This document shows, piece after piece, positions 24,417-35,829 of a stretch of DNA of 64,000 nucleotides. Location of the stretch: positions 15,385 to 79,384 of the forward strand of contig QPMI01000668.1 of NCBI GenBank assembly GCA_004431415.1. Reading direction: 5' to 3'. The translations under genes and the position numbers were made by a program. The DNA is from Cyanophora paradoxa CCMP329 (taxonomy: Eukaryota > Plantae > Glaucophyta). How positions within the stretch are numbered: the stretch's first letter is position 1; every line of letters starts with the position of its first letter. The notes beneath the pieces are model-generated. The model saw only the letters and a list, made by a program, of their open reading frames with translations, was not told the origin of the DNA and did no database searches.

Positions 24417-25198
24417 ATGGCGAGAACAAAAGCGTGCGGTGGGATCTCACCTGGGATGTTCAGGGGGACGATGCAGCGGATCGACCAGCCCAATGACTAT
24501 AGAGGACCGATCCGTGACTATAGTCGCTTCTCCGACGTAACTACGCTTATGCGAGACACCCCGCCTGTTGATCGCATCAGAATCGTTCAAGATGGAACAG
24601 TTCTGCAGCGATTCCTGCAAATCGAACCTATCCACGTCTTCAGGCCATGGAACGACGGACGTGAATTCGGTATTTCCCCTATTTGCCCCTACACTTCTTC
24701 TTTTCACGCCTATGACACTCGCCAGCTACCTCTCGGGCACGAGATGCTAAAATCCGTCTGCCTCTGTCGTGCATATACGCAAACGAACGCATCCGAGTGC
24801 CAGTTCAATCCGTGTACTGCGTTCACCCGCACGTACGTGGTCTCAATCTCATCATCACATTCCAATTCCCTTATCCCTCACCAGTGTTTCGATTTCAACG
24901 AGCACTTGATATACTCCCTCCATAACGAAGATTGGTAAGCTGTTCGTTCTGCACTCGTGATCACACTGAATACCAATAGGATCTGCCCATTCGAATTCTG
25001 CCAGAGACAAGCGGGTCTTCATGATCTCATCATTGACGAGTTCTTCGAATCCATCCTTGCCGGGGTATGCACCAAATTTACCTGCACATCTCCTCATACT
25101 TGACATCATCAATCCAGACATCGGATGCAGATCTGGCTGTCGAAATAGACAACACAGGACAATGGCTGCCATGCCCTTCCACCAATCTCACTGAATAG
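24417..25198 (+). CDS. Stand-alone SP-RING/MIZ protein S3
   Basis: IRLPLSCIYANERIRVPVQSVYCVHPH|CFDFNEHL...W|ICPFEFC...DLIIDEFFESILAG|...VEIDNTGQW. Confidence 0.8.
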
Positions 25199-25450
25199 AA
25201 TACAGTTTCCAAGCAGGGCCCGACCCCGCCCCGCCCCGCCCCAACGTGCTTCCCGACGCCCCGCTTCCCCTTGCTTCATCCTGCCCCGCCCTTCCCTGCC
25301 CCGACCAGCCCAGCTCCACCTCCCCCCTCCCCCCGCCTTGCCCCCCCCCCCCCCCCCTTCACCTTGAACCCCCTCCCCAACCCACCCCGCAGCTCACACC
25401 CCCCTTACTTTTGACCTGCCCTGCCCTGTGCTCATATTCTGCATATGTAT

Positions 25451-26167
25451 TCAAATCCATTTGTCATACTTCATGTAGTTGTTCACTCGCTTTGCTATCA
25501 CTTCTAACACATCTTTCTTGCAAAGCAACGAGGCAGTTCCAAGTTTTTCCAAGACAGTGTCCTTCAGCAGAGGAGACAGATCCTCCTCAGAAGCATGCCG
25601 TTTATGACAGGATGCACACCTGCATCCTCTACCTACGAAATCAGGAATGTCCACATCAGAGAACAAATCGTGCACGAAGCACATCGTCTCCTCGACTGCG
25701 CTCGAGGAACAAGTACACTTAGCATACATCCCAAACCTTCTAAAAGGTACTTCCAAAAGTTACCTGTGGTGCAATGGTGTCGATCGAGCTTCACCAACAT
25801 GTAGTAACACGAAGTGTCCATATACCCAGCGACGCTGGAAAAGTCGAGATTGCCACGAACGCTTGGGATTACAGCTGCAACCACACGGGGCATTTAGACA
25901 AATCATGACACACGGCGGAGATTGAAGGCAGTAACCACCTCCAATGGAAGAGACAATGGCAAAATCCCAGACCTCGGAAGGCGGCAGACGACAAAGTACG
26001 GGCGGAGATACCATGACCCAATCGTCGCTGCCTATAAGAATAGCTGGTAGGAATTCCGATCGACCGTACAGCGGTAAGATGGCTGCCAGGTCACTTCTGG
26101 AACAAACGCGCGCTTCCATCTGCCCAAGGCGGGACCTGAGCTGTGCGAACGCAGAACTCTGCTTCAA
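25451..26167 (-). CDS. Hypothetical Cys-rich protein, multi-exon
   Basis: ORFs 25760-26167 and 25451-25756 joinable by GT-AG introns; convergent to S3. No family recognised. Confidence 0.4.
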
Positions 26168-26537
26168 TCGTTGCCTCTGAACGGCGACTGGTCTTGCGAA
26201 ATGCCCGGATCTGAGCTATCCTCAGCGGACGACAACAACCGAACTGTCGTACATACTACGAGAGCACCTTCAGCCGATGAACAGCCGGACCGCCCGGCGG
26301 CCTGCAAGTGCAGTAGCGTCAGGCACCACCGCCATGACGAGATAGAGAGCACGATTGCGCGAATCGAACCTGACGACCTGCAAACCACTGTACTCGCCTC
26401 CTCAGCTCCCTCGTGCGACGGTCGTAACCGCCTGATCCGAACGGCCCACTGCTTCCACCTCGCCGCCGCTCGGTCTCTTCTGCGATTGCAAGGAGAACGA
26501 AGTGCACCGTACCCCCAAATCGGCCGTCTCCGCCCGA

Positions 26538-27463
26538 TGAAGCGGCATTCCGATTCCTCAGAGTCGCATAGCCGCAAAACTCGCTCGATTAAATCAACCG
26601 GCAGCAAATTCCGACCGCTCCGCCCGGCCGAGTTGGCCAGCATCCACGATGGTAGCTGCGCAAGATCCATCCTCACCCTCCGACGTCTGGACAACTATTG
26701 GTTCTTCAAATCATTCGGTGTGTCCCTGCGACGCCCCGATGCGCGCCTCACCAGCAACACCCTTAAATTACGCAGCTAATCCCTGCGCGCCTCATGCCTG
26801 TTGCCTTGGCATTCCCCAGCCATATGGCAGATCGAGACCGGCAACTACGACTGCTTTCCCCCGGAGGACCACGACGCCAGCAAAATTTTTGAAAGAAACA
26901 TCAAAAAACGCAGCAAGGGAACCTCGGTCGCTTCGGATACAAGCTCCAGATCTCAGCCTCAGCCATCGTCAAGTGCATCAACCCCTAATTCAAAATCACA
27001 TGTCGTCACTCTCCTCGACCCCTCTACGAACGAGCTCATCACGTCAGCAGTGCGATCTAAGCAATGTCCGCACCTAGAGGTGCATTTCTCCACGAACACC
27101 GATCTTCCTTTCCGTGGCCTGATCATCTCATTCGCAGTGTTTCGACCTTCAAACCCACCTGAACACATGCGCTGGCCGCGAACAAGAACTTGACTACTCT
27201 AAGCAACTCTGGTAAGCATTACATTCCGTCATGCCCCCTCTTTCACAGATTTCCCCCTTCAGGGCGTGCCCAGTGCCCGGGTGCACATCTATTGCTACCA
27301 TTCCAAGCCTCGAACCCAACTTCTTTCTTCAGTCTATTATAGATGGGGTGCGACCCCCTCCATACGACCTCATCCATGTCTCACACCCCTGCAGTGTGCC
27401 CTCACTTCCACCACATCAGTACGAATTTACCAAGACGGAACCTGGACACGCTGTGCCCCCTAA
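26538..27463 (+). CDS. Stand-alone SP-RING/MIZ protein S4
   Basis: VTLLDPSTNELITSAVRSKQCPHLE|CFDLQTHL...LW|ACPVPGC...LEPNFFLQSIIDG|...VRIYQDGTW. Confidence 0.8.
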
Positions 27464-27515
27464 GCCATACTCAGAAAAGAGGCACGCTGTAAATTTTTCT
27501 TTTCAAACGACCCCA

Positions 27516-28406
27516 CTAGACAGGCTTCCATTTCCCATCGCGTCCAATTTCTACTGCCTTATGTTCGTCACTAGTCTGTGCATTCGAGAGTCAATACAAA
27601 GATCCCTTTCACAAAAAGAATCGAAAAACAAACCCCGTCAAGTATGGACAGAAAAAACTCGTCGATGATCAAATCCTCAATCTCAGCCCTTGCTCGGCAA
27701 TCCCTCACAGGGCACATCCTGCTCGATATCAAACACCAATCCAATCTAGGAAAAGAGGAGCATACCAGGACCCGCCAGTCAAACACGTCTCCAAGTGGAG
27801 ATTGAAGTCGAAACACTGTCGATCATTGAATACCAGTCCACTGCCATAGCAGACATCACTTACGTCCGGATGATAACAGTAAACAGACTGCGTCGGAACA
27901 CGGATTCGGGACTCCGTCCCCGGATGCCGCAGAGACACATCCACCCTCCCATCTTCCTCATTCGCCCCCTCTCCAGTGGCCGCGCGCGCTTCTCCCGGCT
28001 CGACTGGCCTATACGAACATGCTGCGTGCACATCTCAGCAATAGTCGCATACAGTGATGTACAGCTCGGCGGCGCGGCAAGGCGGGGAGAGCTGGGTCGG
28101 AGCGTAGCCGGGGCGCGGCGAACGAGCCGTGTCGACACTGAGAAGGCCTCGGACTCACTAAAGAGATATGAGCGCACCGTACTCGCGACCTTCCATCCAA
28201 ATCCGATAGCATGTACGATGGCCCAACTCTAGAAACATGCCCAGAACTATCCCCTTACGAATCTTGCCCACAGCCTCCTCTGCCGATAGGCTCCTCAACT
28301 CCGTGCTCAAATACTCCCTAAGATCGCTGAACTCCCCGCGGACCTCCTCCCGCGCGTACGTCCCTCGCCGCTCAGGTCGGCTGCTCGTGCTGCTCCTCGT
28401 CGCCAT
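27516..28406 (-). CDS. Stand-alone SP-RING/MIZ protein S5
   Basis: IRKGIVLGMFLELGHRTCYRIWMEGREYG|...VSLRHPGTESRIRVPTQSVYCYHPD|CFDFNLHL...W|MCPVRDC...DLIIDEFFLSILDG|...VEIGRDGKW. Confidence 0.8.
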
Positions 28407-28754
28407 GCACGATCCCGACTCTCCGCTGACGACGCTGCTCGATCGGCTGGCACTTCTGCGTTCGCCCCCACTTGCCACCGGCAAGAGGGCACTTGTACCC
28501 CGGCCGTGCCACTGCAGCGGCGCCGCTGCTGAGCGCCGCGGCGCCGCTTGCTGCCCTCGCAGGCTTTCCGACATGATGCTTTCCTCGCGTGTGATCCGGG
28601 TGGAGCATGTTTTCGTAGCACGGTCATACGACCTCGTCGGGTCAGGCGACCACTCGGCCAGGTGCACTCAGGCTCGCGAGTACGTCCAAGTACCCGCGGA
28701 ACAAAAGCTTCAGTACGCACCTCGGCTCGAGCACAGCTCGGTGCTGCAAAGGGA

Positions 28755-31396
28755 ATGGCGTTCGTCGGGAGCCCAGCATTGCTGCTCTCTGCAGGCCGAA
28801 TGGCGCCCGGCCTTGCCCGCTCAGCGAGGGCGGCGGACGGCTTCGTGAAGACGACTGCGCGTGGCCAGCCGTCTGCGGCCAACACGTTTTTCCAGTTTGT
28901 CGGCGAGATGGACGCAAAGACGCTGGTGGCCACTTTCGAGCAAGGCAGCCGCGCTGCCAGGAACATGTCGTCCATCTTAAGCAAGGCAAAGGGCTTCCTC
29001 GCTGGACCCGCCGCCGTACGTGCGCCGTACGCCGCAGCCAATCTTGCGGTTGACGCGAAGCCCGGCAGGCGGCTCTCATCGACATCCTGCAAGCCGCGGC
29101 AACGGGCGGCGCGGTGACCTACGTCGCGGTGCGCGCGTGTTCTGGCTTGCATGGTGGCGCAGACGTGGAACTCATGCGCTGGGGACAGTCCGCCGTGGCG
29201 CAGGCTCTCCTCCCGCCGGAGACTCCTTGGCGCGAGGCTATCATCACCGGGGCCTCGGTCGCGGCGGGCGTTGCTGTGAGCGGTGGTTTTTCCCTCGCCA
29301 TGGCCGGCGGTGTGCGTGGACTGCTGAAACAATCGTGGAAATTCTTCATCAAGCTCGGCGCCACCATCGTTTCCTCGGTCTCCATGTCCAAGTGCGCCGC
29401 TCCGTCCATTCCAGGGGAGCCGTCGGGCCTGAAGCGGGCGCGTCAGGTGCAGGTTTGTGGACCGCCTTCTCGCCGGCGTCCGCCGGCCGGCGGCGCCGGC
29501 GCGCGCCGGCGGAGCGGGTCCGGAGGAGATCGAGCTCGAGGTGGTGAATCTGCACCCGTACGAGTGCGGCGTGTGCCTGGAGCCGTACGCTTCGGCCGAC
29601 CCGAACCGCCGGCCCTGCACGCTCCCTTGCCAGCACGCCTTCTGCCGCCGCTGCCTCCGCGACCTCGGCCGCAAGCGGAACTTCCACTGCCCCGCCTGCC
29701 GTGCGGTGGCCGGCGGGTTTGACTACGCGAACCCGCCCTTCACCCCGTCCCTGTGCGACATGATCGCGGAGCGAGGTGCGCGCGCTGCCGCACTGCACGC
29801 CGGGGCGCCTGCAGACCGCGCGCTGGGCCCGCCGCAGAGCGGCAGCTGCAGGTCGACCTGGCCGACGTGCATCCCACGCGCCGTGCGCGCTGCGCGGCTC
29901 GGCGGGCCTCGCCGGCGGGCGTGACCGGCGGGGCGCGGGGTGAAGCTGTGCGAGGGGACCCTCAGGGGGCAGCCGGTGGCGCTGGAGTTCCTCGCGGAGG
30001 CGGACCCCGCCGCCCGCCGCCGCCTCCTCCGCAAGGCCCTCCGCATGGCGTGCGCCGCCCCACCGCCCGCGCAGCGCCGCGTGCACGCGCCCCCGTCAGC
30101 GGGCGGGGCCGGGGCACAGGAACGTGCGGGACCCGCACGTCGCGACGGTGTATGGCGTGGCGGAGGGTGCGGACGGGACGCTGGCGCTGGTGCGCGAGCT
30201 CGGGGACCGCAGCGCCGCGGAGCTCCTCGACTCGCGCGACCTCCCCACGCGGGAGCGCCTCGAGATGGGTGCCCGGCGCGGCGGCGGCGCCCTAGGCCTC
30301 GGGGCCGCGCCCCGCTCACGCCGCCTCCGCGCAGCGCGGCAGCTCCTGCTCGGCCTGCGCGCCGTGCACAAGGAGCGCATCCCGCACAACAACCTGAAGC
30401 TCGAGAATGTGCTGCTCCGCCCCCGCCCGCCCGCCCGCCCGGCATCGAGCTCGGCAGCGGTGCAGATGCGCGCGCTCCGGCCGGCAGGTCTTCGACGCGC
30501 CGGACGCTCACGTGCCCCCGGTCTTTAAGCTCGTCGACCCCGAGCCGGCCGCCCCGGACCACGTCCTCACTTCCGCCGACTGGTCGCAGGCGGACCGGTG
30601 CACGCCGGCGGCCCCCGCCCCAGCCTCCCCACGAAGCTCTCCCTGATCGTCTCGCAGGGCCTCGCTGGCCGCGGACGTGCGCGCGGCGGCGCGCCTGGTC
30701 GGGCAGCTGCTCTCGTGGGCCCCGCGCCCCGCGCCGGCCGGAGAGGCGGCCCCGACGCTGGGGGAGGCCGGCGGGCCGGCGCCCGTCCCCCGCGAGCTCC
30801 TCGTCCCCGCCTGTGCGCCCCGCCGGCCCCGCCCCGCCTCGTCCGAGAGAGCACCGCCCCCGCCCGTGACCGACGGCGCGCAGGGCTCCCCGCCGAGGCC
30901 GCCGACGCGCTGCGCCACATGCACGCCGCCGGCGCCGGCCCGGACCGCGACCCGGGGCGGAGCCTGGCCGACGCGGCGCTCGCCTTCGCGCGCGCGGCCG
31001 GCGCGGCCGCCGCCGCCGCCGCCGAGGCGGACGCGGAGGCGGCGACGGCGCTGCTGGCGGGCCTCGAGCCGGCCGCCGACGCCGCGGCCGCCGCACGCGT
31101 CACGCAGATGACGATGCTCGCGATGAGCGCCGACCACGAGGCGCAAGGGGCTGCGGCGGCGGCCGCACAGCTGGCGGCCGGCGAGGAGCTGGAGCCCGGC
31201 GAGGTGCGAGCAGCCCCAGCGCGCACTCCGCCCCTCGAGCTCGTCGGGCCGAGCCCACTGGTACCGAGCTTGTTCTCGCGCGCAGGTGCACGCTGCCGCC
31301 GCCGCGGCAGTGACGAAGGCGTTCATCACCCGAGGCGCGCGGGACAGTCAGCGCATCATCGCTACCAATCATGGCCCCGCCGCTCTGGCAGCTTAG
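28755..31396 (+). CDS. RING finger + pseudokinase protein with hydrophobic N-terminal region (host gene)
   Basis: CGVC...LPCQHAFCRRC...CPAC (RING-HC). Kinase-like GTLRGQPVALE, DPHVATVYG, HNNLKLENVLL lacking the catalytic Lys and Asp. N-terminus MAFVGSPALL. Confidence 0.7.
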
Positions 31397-31949
31397 ACTC
31401 GCATTTGGACACGTACTAAAGACGCAGGTCCGGGCTACAAGTGTGGGAATGTACACTGCGGCCGCCGCGGCCGCGGGCCCAGCCAACCAGCGAGCTGGCC
31501 GGCCGGGCCCTGCGTGGCCCCCTAAGGAGAGTAATGCGCCTCCCCGCGGACACTCTGGCTAGCTAAATAGCTAAAGGTGCCCGCACGCGCGGCGTGGTGC
31601 TGCATCGCGTCTTGTGGCGGCGGGGGTCGTCTCAAGGCGGTGGCGGGAGCCCCTACAGGCCCTTGGGGGGGCCCGACATGGAGTCAGCCTGCGCCGGGGG
31701 GGGGGCGAAAAGGGGTCAGATCGATACATCGAACGGTCTCGATATCCAAATCAAAGCGAACGGGGGCGCACTCGCTCCTGATCATGCCAAGAAGAGCGCG
31801 ACACGCGCCGCGCGGTGCCCGGGCGCGGTTCGGAGCTTAGACTCAGCTTCCTATGACAGCCGACGGCCGGCTCTCTGGTTCAATATCAATTGCAATGTAG
31901 ACGGCCCTCTCGACAGTGTCATTTTTTACACGTTGCAAATTGTGTGATA

Positions 31950-34900
31950 TTCCCGACGTGTACCTCCTCCACGCAATTCAAACCTAGCTAGGCTTGCGAT
32001 CCCTGCGACCCCTCGAGCTCGAACGAGTCGGCCAGAGACAAATCTAGACCCTCCTCGTCGTCGTCCTCCTCGTCGTCGTCCTCGTCGAAATCGTCCTCCG
32101 TGCCCTCGCCTTCGTCCGACGCGTCGCTCTCCTCGAGCTCCGATATCGATGTCGATTCTTCGCCTCCGGACGCGGCCGCCGCCGCCGCCTCCTGCGAATT
32201 TCAAGACTCTGAGAGGCCGCAGAACTCGAAGAGGCCGCGAAATCGCGACATCCGGCTCGAATTTCGCGCACGCGGGCCTCGCAGTAGCGGTCCCAGGCGG
32301 CGTCGAGGGCGCGCGCCTCTGCCCCGGAGCCGCCCCCGGCGCGGACCTCCAGCTCGACCCGCGCCAGCAGCGCCGCCGAGGCCGCCACGCCCGAGACCAG
32401 CGCCGCCGCGCCCCGCAGCCCCCGCCCGATCGTGAGCCGCACCTGCCGCACCAAGAACACGCGTGTGAGGCCTCGATTGCGAGGCACTGATCATGAGCTG
32501 AGCAGCTGAGCTGTCTTTTCAAACAGCTGCAGAGATGTATACGTAAATTTCGCACCTGTGCCGTCGACTCCAGCACGAGCGTGTTCAGCATGTCCAGAAC
32601 ATCCACTGTGCGCGCCACACGTTGCAATTGACGAATTAATTCTTAGCCAAAAATGCTATAACTAACTAGCATTTCTGAAGATCTAAGTCCAGGTCTAGAT
32701 CTAGGGTGCGCGCACCGCCGGAGGCGTCGGGCCAGGAGGGGAGGTGCAGGGAGAGGAGGCGCAGCGTGGGCACGTGCGCGCCCCCTGAGCCCCGCTCATG
32801 GGCCAGCCCCTCGTGATCAGTGTCATGACTGGAGCGAAACGGGATAGAGCCATGGGCCAGAGCTATAGCTATATGTGAGGTGCGCACCGGCGATCCAGCG
32901 CAGATCATCCTCGTCGACGTTCGTGCCGCAGATCTGCAGCCGAGACTACGTATGAGTAGGCTCGCGCTTGCAATTGCTCCGCCGGGAGTGAATGAGCGCT
33001 GAGCACCTGCAGCCTGCGGAGGCCAGCGAAAGCCCCTGGGGGCCAGGCGCCCGGCAGGTGGCAGTCGTGCAGGCACAGGCTCGGGCCCGAGCGCCCGCGC
33101 TCCTCCGGCTCCCCGAGGGGGGCTGCAAAAAACGCCCCCAGTCAAGCTCAGAGCTAGAACATCCTTCGCGAGCTCCGCAAAAGTCACTGCAGATTTGAAA
33201 AGTACTCATTGACTTTTCTTTGCACTTCTTATATATTCGAATTCGAACGCGAAATTAAGCGCACCTGCGAGGATCACAGCGCAGGCCGCCGCGAGACGGT
33301 CGGCTGAGTGCATTTAAATTTAGACTTTGCACAGATAATTCGCGATGAACGTTCAGGTATCGAGGCACTGGCATACCTTCGGCGCCCTCGATATCCGCGA
33401 GCTTGATCGAGAGGTGGGACACCTGAACCCCCTTTTAAACGTCGACGGAGCTCGGATCAGACTCGAGACAGACTTCGAGGCGGGCGTCTAGATCTAATCT
33501 TGCATTTAAGTTGCCTCATTTTGGACGAATGCAAATTAAATTAAAATGCTGGTGGACGCGTACGGCGGCTGCGAGGATGTGTAGGGGCGCGGCCGGCCGG
33601 CCGACGGAGTTGAGCTCGATGCGGCGTACGTAGCGCAGCGAAGGCAGAGCCCGCAGCAGCTCCTGCGCATGCGGGGTCGCGCGATCGGCCCAGCGCTATA
33701 TATAGGTAGCCGCGGACGCGAAAACGATTCGAGCGCGCTAGCCCATCGATTTCTGCTTCGCGATCGACGTCGGATACCTTGGCTTCGGCGGAGGAGTGGA
33801 AGACAAGGCCGGCGTACAGCGCCCGCAGCCCCGCGTGCACTGGTTTCTGCTCAAAATGAAGGGGACGATTATGAAATAGAAATGAAAGGAAGAATAAACA
33901 TATATAACGGTCATGATCAGCTGCAGCTGTCGATTCATTTTCGCACCGCCACAGCGCGCCTCAGGGATTCGACTCCCTCGAGGGATTCGAGCTCGAGCTC
34001 CTGCAGAGCTTGCTCGATATCCTCGATTGGATCCGTGACATCCGATACCGATCCTCCAGATTCGGATATCGACCCCGAACTCTCAGACAAAGCACCGACT
34101 TCTGAGTCTTGATCGGTACCGGTCGATTGCGACATCTGTCGAGGGCTCAAGCTTGCAATTGCACAGATTAAAATTGCCCAAGTTGAATGATCATAACGGC
34201 AAGCTCTAGCCCCGAGAAAATGAATTTGAAAAATGGAAGCTGTAAACGCACATGCTCTAAATTCGGGTCTGAATTTCCTTGGTCCGAAACGGCTTCGAGT
34301 CTAGAGGGCTCGCCAAAAGCTTTGAGGACCTGATGATATCCGATGAAGCTCGATGAGCACGAACCTCAAGCTTTCTTCAAATTTTATCTGATAGACTCTC
34401 AGGAGTCTATATCTGAGAAAGAGGCGCACATCTGGGACTATCATGTCGAAGGATCTTGCGCGATGCGCAATACGAAGGCCGCTGAATCTGCTCGCGAATC
34501 CGGAGGCATGCGCAGACGTCGACGTACGCCCGCACCCGTCAAGATCGCTTGGGCTTCGGCTCCACTCGAGTATTCTGAGATCGCGGAGCTGCGAGACCTC
34601 GACGGTCACAAATTCGAACCCTATTGCTAACTGCGCTGTGCACGCAGATCTAAAATTTATTTAGTTCGAGAAATTGATCCGCATACCTGAGGGGCGTAGG
34701 TGGCCAGGCGAAGACGAGGAGCGAGTTTAGGCCACAAGCTGCCACAAGAGTTTAGGCCGAGTTTAGGTCGACGCCGCGCCAGGCCAGTAATGCAATTAAA
34801 GCGCTCGCTCAAAATTGGGGTCATGGGGTAGGGCGAGGTCGAGCCGGAGAAGGGCCGCGGGCAAAAGCCCCGCGAAAGATGGGTGACCGACGTCGAACGT

Positions 34901-35532
34901 GCCCCGAGCGGGGCCGTGAAAGAACGCGAGCGCCAAAGTCAAGTGCTCCATGTCCTTGAAAAGGGGGCCGCTGACCGCCTGTCGCGCCTCCTTCGCGTTG
35001 AGCACCCGCTCAGGCCACGAGGCGAGAGCCGCCCTCGCTTCGTCACGTCGTCTCATGAGAAACAGCCGCCTGGAATTTTTCGCTGGCATCCGGATCTTCA
35101 AATGAGAGGCGCCCGGGCTTCCGAAGGCCGTGCCCGAGAACAGGGAGTCAGATGTTTGCATGGCCGTTTTTTTCACGACCATCGGGTGCCGGGGGAGCGC
35201 CACGAGATCTTGCTCTAGCTTTGTGATGTGCTGCAGCAGCACTTTCCGCGGGTCACCGTGCTCGACGCTCGCCGCGACCCTGCGAATTCGCAAATTTTCA
35301 ATATTTTGCGCCCGGCCGGCGCCGCGGGCCGGCCGCGGGCGTGCGCGGCGCACTGGAGGAAGACGTTTCGCGGCAGCGGGCTTTGCAGTGCAATTGAACG
35401 CCAGCGCTTGCACACGGCGCTGGCGCGTGCACGGTCTTCGGCCGGGAGCGACGAAAGGCTGAGAAAGAGAATCTCATCGGGCAGGGGCACGTCTGGCCAT
35501 GAAATCGATTCGGGCTGCGTCTTCAAAGCCAT
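31950..35532 (-). CDS. F-box protein, multi-exon (3' extent inferred; may be frameshifted)
   Basis: LPDEILFLSLSSLPAEDRARASAVCKRWRSIA at the N-terminus. Downstream minus-strand exon-like ORFs and an acidic tail near 32040-32165. Confidence 0.55.
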
Positions 35533-35829
35533 GACCGGCGCCGGCGCTGGCAGCGCCGCGTCCGGTCTGCGATTAGATATTCCGAGTTCTGGCGCACTAT
35601 ATAGCTAGAGAGAGACTCGAAGCCTAGATCTATATATATGGCTAGAGAAAGAGCTGGGCATATAGCTAGAGATTCACTACAGATATTCAACAATTAAAGA
35701 AGCTCAAGCTTAAGCTAGATCTAGAGGAGATCGATATCGAGCTCGAGGAAAGCTATAGCTAGCTATAGCTATACAGATCTCTAGATCTAGATCTAGATGA
35801 GCGCGATCTAGATATACAGATCTCAAAAA

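Larger units (their letters stand above)
1..28495 (+). mobile_element. Giant Helitron-type rolling-circle transposon (5' end outside window; right end approximate) with RepHel and many accessory genes
   Basis: HUH Rep motifs and a PIF1 helicase in one gene. Visibly lower GC than the DNA after ~28.7 kb. The RPA-like gene runs across the nested insertion at 14129-16015, linking both halves. The right end is only a candidate (hairpin 28464-28490 followed by CTTG|T). Confidence 0.75.

Noticed and set aside
26164-26694. F-box-like LPVDLIERVLRLC in a minus-strand ORF
   Set aside because: It overlaps antisense the first exon of S4, which carries the family N-terminal motif; probably a shadow ORF.
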